From assembly GCA_016203935.1 (NCBI GenBank), contig JACQLU010000006.1, positions 1-42,834 on the forward strand: DNA of 42,834 bases, in the 5' to 3' direction. Of the stretch, positions 7,905-15,441 are shown piece after piece. A program made the translations under genes and the position numbers. This DNA comes from Parcubacteria group bacterium. Its GTDB lineage: Bacteria > Patescibacteriota > JACQLU01. Each line of letters opens with the position of its first letter. The first letter of the stretch is position 1. Below the pieces are notes generated by a model, which did no database searches, had not been told where the DNA came from, and saw nothing but the letters and a program-made list of their open reading frames with translations.

Positions 7905-10448
7905 ATGAGCAGAGGAATAACCATATTTGTCGGTCTTGCTTTGCTATGCTTGGCGATAATCATGTCGGCGAGCTCACCTAACGCAACCCGATCCCCTTCC
8001 ATGCCTCCGAGGATTGACGAGCATATGATCGAGCTCACGCCCAACCTCGTTAGGTTGGCATTTCCAGCCACCGCCATCGGCTTTCGTTGGGATACAATTC
8101 TCAATCCGGCGCTGGAACACTATCGGGCGCGGATACGCGAGGGAACCACGTGGCAGCCGTGGTTTCCGATCGCGTACGATATTGATGACGTTCCGCTTGG
8201 GAACGACGACGGTGTCGCCACAAGTCAACTAGTCTTTGGCAAAAAAATTACAGAAGTGGAGTTAACGGGTCCCTCTGCGTCACAGGGCACCATTGATATA
8301 ATCGCAATCGATAGCCGCGACCGTTCTACGCTTCGTTCGCTCATCGCGTCGCTCGGCGCTTCTCTTCGTAATGCGTTGACGCTGCGCGCACAGAATAATG
8401 CCCCAGCGATTACCGCTCGCTCCCAATGGGCTGCTGACGAATCGCTCAGGTTCCGCCCTAAGCCCGTGCTCTATCCCAGCGGCACCGTGGTAAAAAGTAC
8501 GAGTGGGCAGATCTTTCTCATCGACGGCAGTGTGAAACGCTGGTTTTTGAATGCCGGAGCATTGGATGCGATGGGCTACACCACCTCCCATATCCAACCC
8601 ATAAGTGAAAGCAATGTCCAGCTCTATGCGAGTGGCGAGCCTATCACCGCGCAACTCCTTAAGCATCCTGCCGGTACGCTTATAAGCCTTTCGACAACCG
8701 GTGAGCTTTATCTGATTGAAAACGTAAGCGGAACTCTTGTAAGACGCCCAATTACTGATGAGCCGATTCTCGCCGCGAACGGTTTAACGCGCGATCGGCT
8801 TGTAACTATTACAACTCCCGAGCTCACGAGTTACCCCGAGGGCTCTCCGCTCACGGCGCCGACCACGAACGATCGGTTAGTCGCGGAGGAAGGTGATGGC
8901 GCTATCTACCTCCTTAAGAATAGTGTTCGTCAACCCTTTGCCAGTGATGCGGTCCGGGAATTCTTGTACCCCGGGAGAACTCCGGAGATTCTCTCGGTAA
9001 GCGAGATGACGAGCTACCCCCTCACAAGCGAGCGGGTTGAACTATGGCCCGCTTCCTACGCGCCCTTGCAAAAAGTGATCATTCACCACACCGCCACCAC
9101 AAGTCCCATTGATTCAGCCGCGCGGGCGCGCGAAGTCGTCCGCGCCATCTACATGTTCCATGCGGTAACCCGAGGGTGGGGCGATATTGGCTATAACTAC
9201 CTTATCGATCCATTTGGCACGATCTACGAGGGTCGCTATGGCGGTGACCGGGTGGTGGGAGCACATACCTATAATGACAAAGAACGCATTGGCTATAACA
9301 CCGGCACCATCGGGATTGCGCTGCTTGGCAATTTTGAGAACACCCTTCCCACACCCGAGGCGCTCAAGGCGCTTTCCGATCTCATTGGTTACAAGTTAGG
9401 CACACTCGCGCCAAAAGTTGATCCTACTGCTACGAGCTCGTTTCGAGCGGTGGGCGGTTACCAGAGTCCTATCTTACCCAATGTCTTTGCGCATAAAGAT
9501 GTCGACGCCACCCTTTGCCCCGGGCAGAACTTGTATAGCGATCTTGACACTATTCGCGCCCAAGCCAAGCTAACCTTTGATCAGTTTGCGCCGTTTGCCG
9601 ATCCTAATGCCAACGCACGAGTGGGAAATGGTGAGAGCAGGGGAGAATTTACTGCCGATACAGAGGGAGTCGCGAGTTCGCCTACACCCATCCCGCAGCC
9701 GCAGGGACTGCCGAGCGGGCGCTATCCTGATGGGACACTTATCAAACTTGCAAAGAGCCCTGATATTTACCAAATTGCGGGAACAGGGAAACGACACGTC
9801 TATTCAATGGAGATAGCCGAGCTAAGAAAATTACCATTGGAACAGACGATTACAGTGAGCGATGATGTGTTTATTAATCACACCACGGGGCAGATCCTTG
9901 GTTATCCCGAAGGGACGCTCGTCTTGGGAGTGGACGGAACGATTTACGCGATCTCGGATACTACCAAGCGACCGATTGAAAGTATGGCGGCGTTTTTTGG
10001 ATTTGGATTTAAAGAATCACAGCTTGTGAAGGGTGATCAACTTTTACTTGCGCAACTTCCCACAGGAGTGCCCCTCACGACCCTTACCAATCATCCTAAC
10101 GGCGTACTCTTAAAACCATCAAATGCGCCCGAGGTCTACTTGCTCGAAAACGGTATGCTTCGGGTTATCCCAAATCCAGAAATCTTTCTTGCACACTTTG
10201 CGTGGAACCAAATTGTGACCATAAGCGATACGCGATTAGCAACCTACCCGCGCGGGGTTGATCTGACGCTTCCGGACGGTCTCTTGATAAAAGGACAGGG
10301 GACAGCGACGCTCTACGTCGTACAAAACGGCGCGCTCCGCCCGATTCCCTCGATCGAGCGATTCTTAGAACTCGGCTACCCGTCCAAATCCCTCCGCGTC
10401 TTTCCGGATAGGATTATAAGCCTCCACCCAATCGGCGTACCTCTCTAG
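7905..10448 (+). CDS. Large secreted or anchored N-acetylmuramoyl-L-alanine amidase (amidase_2/PGRP domain) with repeated flanking modules
   Basis: Signal-anchor MSRGITIFVGLALLCLAIIMSASS at the internal ATG 7905. Amidase_2 core VIIHHTAT...GWGDIGYNYLIDPFGTIYEGR...HKDVDATLCPG. At least 7 repeats of G(T)L(I/V)K..(I/V)Y(L/V)(I/L)..G.(K/R)(R/P)I. The ORF-track start at 7722 reads through the family-A repeat. Confidence 0.8.
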   Translation: MSRGITIFVGLALLCLAIIMSASSPNATRSPSMPPRIDEHMIELTPNLVRLAFPATAIGFRWDTILNPALEHYRARIREGTTWQPWFPIAYDIDDVPLGNDDGVATSQLVFGKKITEVELTGPSASQGTIDIIAIDSRDRSTLRSLIASLGASLRNALTLRAQNNAPAITARSQWAADESLRFRPKPVLYPSGTVVKSTSGQIFLIDGSVKRWFLNAGALDAMGYTTSHIQPISESNVQLYASGEPITAQLLKHPAGTLISLSTTGELYLIENVSGTLVRRPITDEPILAANGLTRDRLVTITTPELTSYPEGSPLTAPTTNDRLVAEEGDGAIYLLKNSVRQPFASDAVREFLYPGRTPEILSVSEMTSYPLTSERVELWPASYAPLQKVIIHHTATTSPIDSAARAREVVRAIYMFHAVTRGWGDIGYNYLIDPFGTIYEGRYGGDRVVGAHTYNDKERIGYNTGTIGIALLGNFENTLPTPEALKALSDLIGYKLGTLAPKVDPTATSSFRAVGGYQSPILPNVFAHKDVDATLCPGQNLYSDLDTIRAQAKLTFDQFAPFADPNANARVGNGESRGEFTADTEGVASSPTPIPQPQGLPSGRYPDGTLIKLAKSPDIYQIAGTGKRHVYSMEIAELRKLPLEQTITVSDDVFINHTTGQILGYPEGTLVLGVDGTIYAISDTTKRPIESMAAFFGFGFKESQLVKGDQLLLAQLPTGVPLTTLTNHPNGVLLKPSNAPEVYLLENGMLRVIPNPEIFLAHFAWNQIVTISDTRLATYPRGVDLTLPDGLLIKGQGTATLYVVQNGALRPIPSIERFLELGYPSKSLRVFPDRIISLHPIGVPL

Positions 10449-10507
10449 CCGGAGCAGGGACAGTCCCCACTTGGCCGTTCATACTTGCCTCGCATGGCGC
10501 GCGACAC

Positions 10508-10529
10508 TTACTTCGCGATCGCGAAGTAA
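10508..10529. repeat. Perfect 22-bp palindrome ttacttcgcga/tcgcgaagtaa
   Basis: Read directly from the sequence; 60 nt downstream of the amidase stop. Confidence 0.6.
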
Positions 10530-10539
10530 TGGCTCCATT

Positions 10540-10574
10540 TACTACTATCGAGGTTTAGCCTCTATAGTGCTAGG
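10540..10574. repeat. Family-F hairpin element (ctatcgagg-tttag-cctctatag)
   Basis: About 90% identical to the reverse complement of 21711-21744. Confidence 0.75.
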
Positions 10575-10610
10575 ATAAACGCTTATTCAACAAAAAATTA
10601 CGTCTGGATC

Positions 10611-10648
10611 GTTTTGAAAAGAAAATCAGGCCCCTTGCGAGAGCCTGA
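10611..10648 (-). terminator. Rho-independent terminator of the 10670..11461 gene
   Basis: Stem tcaggc / gcctga. On the minus strand it is followed by attttcttttc. The sequence is nearly the same as the 12002-12033 terminator. Confidence 0.65.
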
Positions 10649-10669
10649 CTCGATTAGTCATGCTTACCG

Positions 10670-11461
10670 CTACTTTCTTGCTGAAGATCTGTTAGCAGGT
10701 CCACCCACTACATTTTCGAGCATATCCTCTACGATAAAGGCGACGAGATGGGCTACGCTTATGCGCCAACCGGTCGGACTCTTCGAGGATTTAACCGCCT
10801 TTTGAAGCGCTCTCCACACCTCCTTTCTAAAAGGAATCAGCCGTTTCAGGTCCCAGTAGGTGCCCATGCCCGTAGACCATCCTCCGCCATGACCACCCCT
10901 GGGAGCATCGAGCTCGTCGCTTCTTTCCTGCACAAGGCACGCAACCTTTTCCGAGGATATTTTAATCGCGCCTTTCCGGGTCGAGATAATAATGTCGTCA
11001 GTGTTTTGCAACATCTCTAAGCTTACTCCAGCAAGATTGGCCATAAGAGTAGCAGCATTCCCAGCCCGCCGAACGACCTCCTTAATCGTTTCATCGGGAT
11101 CAGCCAACTGGCGTAGATAGCCCTGAACCGCTTCACGAAGGAGTTCGCTTACACCCTTAAAGAATGAATCTGAGGTAAATTTTGGAGAGAATCCGGGGAG
11201 AAGTCGATGCACTAAATCAAGATGGGTTGGTTCATGCTTTCCTCTAGAGCGTGCCACTCCATCTTCAGCAGACTTCGTGACAACTTTACCCTCCTTCATG
11301 CCCACTGTGAGTAGAGTCCTCACAAACGAGGGCGTGGATGGTTTCTGTAAGTAGATCCGAACCGCGATACGGCATAGTTCGGCCACGAAATCCAATCCCT
11401 CCAAAGTCCTCAGTTTTTGCGGAAGGATTATTCTAACTGCTCTACGCTTGACTCCTGACAT
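10670..11461 (-). CDS. Hypothetical protein (263 aa); contains an R-x4-H motif (RISVAH) near the C-terminus
   Basis: ATG preceded by GAAGGAGG. No family recognised. A HEPN-like interpretation of RISVAH is speculative. Confidence 0.5.
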   Translation of the reverse strand: MSGVKRRAVRIILPQKLRTLEGLDFVAELCRIAVRIYLQKPSTPSFVRTLLTVGMKEGKVVTKSAEDGVARSRGKHEPTHLDLVHRLLPGFSPKFTSDSFFKGVSELLREAVQGYLRQLADPDETIKEVVRRAGNAATLMANLAGVSLEMLQNTDDIIISTRKGAIKISSEKVACLVQERSDELDAPRGGHGGGWSTGMGTYWDLKRLIPFRKEVWRALQKAVKSSKSPTGWRISVAHLVAFIVEDMLENVVGGPANRSSARK

Positions 11462-11553
11462 TGGTAACCTCCTTCTAATTTAGGGGTTTCCTGCGTAGGA
11501 AGCGTCATTGCCCCCAACTACGTCACAGCTAGCTTACTTGAACTAGTATCGAT

Positions 11554-11590
11554 GTCAAATCTTGACGAAATTTTGAATGTATGTTATCTT
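11554..11590 (+). promoter_or_regulatory. Palindrome GTCAA-atc-TTGAC plus a sigma70-like promoter for the 11615 gene
   Basis: TTGACG (11562-11567), 17 nt, TATCTT (11585-11590). The palindrome at 11554-11566 shares TGTCAAATC with the 5409-5432 palindrome. Confidence 0.5.
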
Positions 11591-11614
11591 CCCGATTGTT
11601 TGAAAGGAGGAGGA

Positions 11615-11884
11615 ATGACAAAGAGACGAAATAAGGAGGAAATGGCGAAGGAACTGGACTCCATGCTAGCACAGCTTACGCCACGCGAGCGTGCGGTGCT
11701 GGCATTCCGCAAGGGCCAGGCGAAGCTGAGAAAGGAGCGAATCGGCGAGCTACGCGAGCTTGCTGATAGGTTTACGGATGCGGAATTGGAGGTGTGGCTT
11801 CCGCTGTTGCGACAGCGAATGCCGCAAAGACGGTTCCGCCTACTCAGAAGTCCCACGAGTGAAGCTCGTGAGGCTGACGAGTAG
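11615..11884 (+). CDS. Small hypothetical helical, basic protein (89 aa)
   Basis: AAAGGAGGAGGA immediately upstream of the ATG at 11615. LTPRERAVLAFR resembles the first helix of sigma-r4/LuxR-type HTH domains, but the match is incomplete. Confidence 0.5.
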   Translation: MTKRRNKEEMAKELDSMLAQLTPRERAVLAFRKGQAKLRKERIGELRELADRFTDAELEVWLPLLRQRMPQRRFRLLRSPTSEAREADE

Positions 11885-12001
11885 GAAGACCAAGGGTCGG
11901 GTTGGCAACAACTCGACCTGTTTATTTTCTTTAAAGTGAGTGCTTCAAATGTTTACGATCGTGAAACTTTGAAGCACTACCTCTCTTATCTTGCCAAATC
12001 T

Positions 12002-12033
12002 AAAAAATCAGGCCCTTTGCGAGGGCCTGTTTT
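12002..12033. terminator. Bidirectional rho-independent terminator between convergent genes
   Basis: A6-caggccc tttgcga gggcctg-T4. Confidence 0.7.
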
Positions 12034-12059
12034 ATAATCCTACACGGCTCTATCGGATG

Positions 12060-12425
12060 CTATGTCTCTGCCGCAGTTAATACCCGAGACAGGGAAGTAC
12101 CGCGCCTTTGGGCGAATGACAAGACTTGCATCGCCACCTGAAACGTCACCCTAACCATGACTCCACAATTAGGACATGCGCCGTCAGGAGGGGGCAGACT
12201 GCCACCGCTAAGATAATTAGCCGAACTAAAGACTGGTAGTGGCTCGAACTCTTCCCCTGTGCCTCTGCCAAGAAATAGAGGCAGGCATTCTACTTCTCCA
12301 CCACACCCCACGATAGGACATCTTACTGTGATGGAGGCACTCATTCCCCGACCTCTACGCAGTTCTGGGCCTTCACGCCAAAGGTACTGCACCGGCGCAA
12401 ACGTTGCTCTGATGAATTCTTGCAT
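12060..12425 (-). CDS. Hypothetical zinc-ribbon protein (121 aa)
   Basis: The internal ATG at 12425 is preceded by AAGGAGGG. Motifs CPIVGCGGEVEC ... CPNCG. The ORF-track start at 12482 would lie upstream of the promoter -35. Confidence 0.5.
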   Translation of the reverse strand: MQEFIRATFAPVQYLWREGPELRRGRGMSASITVRCPIVGCGGEVECLPLFLGRGTGEEFEPLPVFSSANYLSGGSLPPPDGACPNCGVMVRVTFQVAMQVLSFAQRRGTSLSRVLTAAET

Positions 12426-12451
12426 AAATAATTCCCTCCTTCGACGATCCA

Positions 12452-12479
12452 ATAATACTGGAGAGTCGGATATTGTCAA
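12452..12479 (-). promoter_or_regulatory. Sigma70-like promoter for the 12060..12425 gene
   Basis: On the minus strand: TTGACA, 16 nt, TATTAT. Confidence 0.55.
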
Positions 12480-12532
12480 CATTCGACACGGTTTTCCTAG
12501 TGTGTTACTTTAGCCAATGTCAAAGGAGGGTT

Positions 12533-12790
12533 ATGAGCAACATTGGGTTGGATCACTTGGAGGCAGCCATGGGGCCAGAATCAAGAGTACCAACGTGGAT
12601 TGGAAGTATAGAGAAGGGAGGGGAAGTCAAAGACCTCAAAGATAAGTCCGCACAGAAAATCAGGGAAATCATTGCAACGGCTAAGCGAGCAGCGCTTAGC
12701 CTCAAGCAGGAGCTCGACCGGCTTCCGCCCGCCAAGCGTGCGAGAACAGTAAAACGCCTTTTAGACACGGTGGTAAACATCTGGTCTTAG
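12533..12790 (+). CDS. Small hypothetical protein (85 aa)
   Basis: AAAGGAGGG precedes the ATG at 12533. Helical, charged sequence. A terminator follows. Confidence 0.5.
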   Translation: MSNIGLDHLEAAMGPESRVPTWIGSIEKGGEVKDLKDKSAQKIREIIATAKRAALSLKQELDRLPPAKRARTVKRLLDTVVNIWS

Positions 12791-12807
12791 TATCTGGGAT
12801 AGAGTGT

Positions 12808-12840
12808 GGCCGTGCTGGCATCAGCCCGGCCTGTTTTGTT
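12808..12840 (+). terminator. Rho-independent terminator
   Basis: Stem ggccgtgctg / cagcccggcc (9 of 10 pairs), loop gcat, then tgttttgtt. Confidence 0.6.
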
Positions 12841-12916
12841 AGCTAAATCTTAAACCTCCTCCTAGAAATAGATTTGTCTTTTTGGAACGACGGTCGTCGT
12901 TCTGAAAAACAACACT

Positions 12917-12945
12917 TTGACAAATTGCAATTTATGTTGTATATA
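12917..12945 (+). promoter_or_regulatory. Sigma70-like promoter with a 12-bp palindrome (AAATTGCAATTT, 12922-12933) spanning the end of the -35 hexamer and the start of the spacer
   Basis: TTGACA (12917-12922), 17 nt, TATATA (12940-12945). Confidence 0.6.
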
Positions 12946-12963
12946 TCTTGCTGGAGGTGAAAA

Positions 12964-13104
12964 ATGGAGGAATTTCGGATAATCTTCCTGCGGATCTTAA
13001 ACATGCCTTCGGCGGCGATGACGGTTACGATGACTATTGTAGCTGCCATGGCGGTTTGGGATATTTTATTTCCACCATTTGGTTTCCGGAAGGAGGGAAA
13101 GTGA
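12964..13104 (+). CDS. Small hydrophobic peptide (46 aa), not in the ORF track
   Basis: GGAGGTG SD then ATG at 12964. Translation MEEFRIIFLRILNMPSAAMTVTMTIVAAMAVWDILFPPFGFRKEGK. The stop TGA overlaps the next start (GTGA). Confidence 0.45.
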   Translation: MEEFRIIFLRILNMPSAAMTVTMTIVAAMAVWDILFPPFGFRKEGK

Positions 13105-13241
13105 GTAGGGAAGTCGAGATTCTCCTTGGTATTCTCTGTTTCGCCGGCGCTGCCGTCTTAGGTTTTTTCGAATGGCGGCGGCAGAAACGAGAAAAAATCA
13201 AGGAGAAAAAGAAAGATCTGATTGACCGGGCGCGTAGCTAG
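13101..13241 (+). CDS. Small single-TM peptide (46 aa) with a basic tail, translationally coupled to the preceding peptide
   Basis: AAGGAGGG SD then GTG at 13101. Translation (M)SREVEILLGILCFAGAAVLGFFEWRRQKREKIKEKKKDLIDRARS. This is the C-terminal part of ORF 12948..13241, whose TTG start lies only 2 nt past the -10. Confidence 0.45.
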   Translation: MSREVEILLGILCFAGAAVLGFFEWRRQKREKIKEKKKDLIDRARS

Positions 13242-13285
13242 CGGTGTTTGGTGGAGGAGCCAGCGCCGCTTTTTCATTTTCTCAA

Positions 13286-13320
13286 AATACACGAATAAGA
13301 ACACGAAACCACACGAAAAA
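13286..13320. repeat. Family-D ACACGAA array
   Basis: Sequence aatacacgaa taagaacacgaa accacacgaa. Related copies lie at 1826, 18624, 24967, 36513 and 39378. Confidence 0.75.
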
Positions 13321-13353
13321 AAGAAGGGGCGGCAACCGTGAGTGGCTGCCGCC
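13316..13353 (-). terminator. Rho-independent terminator on the minus strand
   Basis: Stem ggcggca / tgccgcc. On the minus strand it is followed by ccttcttttttt. Confidence 0.6.
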
Positions 13354-13497
13354 AAAGAGAGGAGAACATTTTGCATTCCCGCATGACGACCGCTCTCCTG
13401 ATGCTGGTTTTAACCCCAGGGCACATGTCTCTTGGCAACAGGCTTCTAGTCGAGGAAAACGGTCGTACTATTCAGGATGCAATTCTATCGTAGCATC

Positions 13498-13588
13498 TCT
13501 CCTCCCCTTAAAGTAAGGGGAGGTGGGGAGGAGTTATAAGTTCTCTATCGTTCTAACTCCCCTTGCCCCTCTTACTCTAAGAGGGGAG
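13498..13588. repeat. Family-B double-hairpin element (ctcccctta-aag-taaggggag ... cccctctta-ctc-taagagggg)
   Basis: About 85% identical to the reverse complement of 19173-19265. A partial copy lies at 40782-40846. Confidence 0.85.
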
Positions 13589-13787
13589 ACCAAAGCGCGT
13601 AAGTCCTTAAAAGAAAAAGGTCACTACGGAATACGAAATGCACCATCACTTTATACTCCACAGCGACCCATTGCACCGGTCTGTCTCCAGACCGTCCCTC
13701 CCTCCTTTCTAGGTTTCGCCTGCAGGCCAGTGTGCCTACATGTCCCATTCTTCTATGACCCACAAGGCGAAACCTTTTTGTGACTCT

Positions 13788-13816
13788 ATCATACTTTCTT
13801 TCAATGGCATGGTCAA
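13788..13816 (-). promoter_or_regulatory. Orphan sigma70-like promoter on the minus strand
   Basis: On the minus strand: TTGACC, 17 nt, TATGAT. No ORF with an SD follows before the 13316-13353 terminator. Confidence 0.4.
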
Positions 13817-14086
13817 CAAAGAAAAAGAAATGGGACTGCTTGGGCACTAGAAAAATTTAGCGCCGTAAGCAGCCCCGATGGTTATGGCCGATGCCAACGC
13901 ACGGTATTTGCCGTAACCATCACAGCAGGTCCCTTTCAACCACCCCTATTGGGCCAAAGATGATTGGCAGGTAAACTTGCCGCGACCATACGATAGCAGA
14001 CGGAAGGAGCCAGTCAAGCGCGGGATCCTTCGTTTCACCATGAACCATGCGTACGCTTAGGTTCATGGTTTCACTCAGGATGACAC

Positions 14087-15352
14087 CTATGGAAATAGCT
14101 CACGAAGTAGAATTGCCTCAAGTTTCTTTGCCGAATCCTCCCACGAGAGGTTTTCGACCGATTCATAGGCACTCTTGGCGAGGGTGGTACGAAGCTCTGG
14201 ATGGCGATATAAATCCAGAAGTCCATCGGCGACTGCTTTGGGAAGGGGAGTAACCAGATAGGCGTTCTCTTTATGGGTAAGTACACTTCGTACGTTCGGC
14301 AGATCTAAATCCATCACCACCCGTTCAGAACCGGCCACCTCAAAGGGAATGAGCGAGGGATTGGTCGCCGAGAAGACCATAGCAACATCGGTCTCACGAT
14401 AGATCTCGGCAAGTTCTTGAGGTGATACCACACCGCGGTCAATATAAGGAAACGGTACGGAATAATTCCCAAGATCCCATCCCGCCATCACTACCTCTAC
14501 GTTTTTCATCCCCACACTCTCAAGGAAAATCTCAATTCCTTTTACACCCAGTTCAAAACACCGTCGTGGCGTGACAGGGCGGGCATAGAAAAAAATGCGG
14601 AATTTCCCATCTCTTACGACTTTCGACTTAGGACTATATACCTCACGATCATACGCAAAAGGATACCAATCTGCGCGTGCTCCATACTCTTTGGGCAGTT
14701 TCTCGCTAAGCCAGCTCCCGATCGTTATGTGATAGTGACCAAGCTGGTAACTTCGTTCGGCAAGCAGATAATTGGTATCTACTGGATAGAAGAATGGCTC
14801 AAAATCCTGCACAAAATAAAAGCGCCTGCGACAATTGTTGATTTGGGTGATTTGATACGCATTCCACCATGCAGTGGCAATGAGCGCATCGCAATCACGA
14901 ACGTCCTTAAGATGCAGATAAAATTCGGCGTTGGTGGGAAAGAAGGCGGTATCAAAGAATTTTTTGGCCTCTTCCGGTGTATGATGCCTTGGATCACCCA
15001 TGTAGCCAGCGCCGGTAAGGTAGATGCGGTTTTGGTGCCCGAATGATTCCAGGTGCTTCACCATACGCATAATAGTGGTGTGCCCGCCAGACCCACGACC
15101 CGCATCGGGCATGAGCCAATTGATGACCATTTTGCCGTCGCTACGCAGTGGCGCGGAAAGTGACCCTCGATTCGAAGGTTGACTAGGAAGATCAACCGTA
15201 CGCAAAAAATCGATACTGCTTTTGGTTCCGCGCGGCGCAAGACCAAGATCCATAAGCAGCCGCTGTCCCGCCTTACGGACAAGAGCTTCAAAACCTTCTT
15301 CGCGGATAATGCGTTGAATTTTTTTGAGAAGACGAGTACTCATATTTCTCAT
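14087..15352 (-). CDS. Glycosyltransferase, GT-B fold, possibly WsaF-like rhamnosyltransferase
   Basis: 421 aa. The blocks NWLMPDAGRGSGGHTTI and FVQDFEPFFYP, and the FFYARP..RR motif, are as I recall them from WsaF-type enzymes. The context is dTDP-rhamnose genes. Confidence 0.6.
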   Translation of the reverse strand: MRNMSTRLLKKIQRIIREEGFEALVRKAGQRLLMDLGLAPRGTKSSIDFLRTVDLPSQPSNRGSLSAPLRSDGKMVINWLMPDAGRGSGGHTTIMRMVKHLESFGHQNRIYLTGAGYMGDPRHHTPEEAKKFFDTAFFPTNAEFYLHLKDVRDCDALIATAWWNAYQITQINNCRRRFYFVQDFEPFFYPVDTNYLLAERSYQLGHYHITIGSWLSEKLPKEYGARADWYPFAYDREVYSPKSKVVRDGKFRIFFYARPVTPRRCFELGVKGIEIFLESVGMKNVEVVMAGWDLGNYSVPFPYIDRGVVSPQELAEIYRETDVAMVFSATNPSLIPFEVAGSERVVMDLDLPNVRSVLTHKENAYLVTPLPKAVADGLLDLYRHPELRTTLAKSAYESVENLSWEDSAKKLEAILLRELFP

Positions 15353-15363
15353 GGCCTCTTTTT

Positions 15364-15440
15364 TGTCATCCCGGTCGCCTGAGGCGACCGGAATCCAGAG
15401 TCCTAAATTAGTCTGGATCCCAGCGTGCGCTGGGATGACA
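15364..15440. repeat. Family-A palindromic element, full copy
   Basis: TGTCATCCC-ggtcgcc tga ggcgacc-GGAATCCAG ... CTGGATCCC-agcg tgc gctg-GGATGACA. Confidence 0.85.
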
Positions 15441-15441
15441 G

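Noticed and set aside
12948-13241. Single 97-aa ORF as listed in the ORF track.
   Set aside because: The TTG start lies 2 nt after the promoter -10 and has no SD. Two SD-led overlapping small ORFs explain the region better, although this is unproven.
13860-14086. Possible SRP RNA, RNase P RNA or tmRNA in the non-coding gap (for example gcagacggaaggagccag resembling the SRP GGAA loop region).
   Set aside because: The flanking bases do not pair as domain IV requires. I saw no GAGGAAAGUCC (RNase P), no tRNA-like CCA end and no tag ORF (tmRNA). The only structures are a 10-bp hairpin (accatgaacc/ggttcatggt) 17 nt past the GT stop and a 12-bp imperfect stem.
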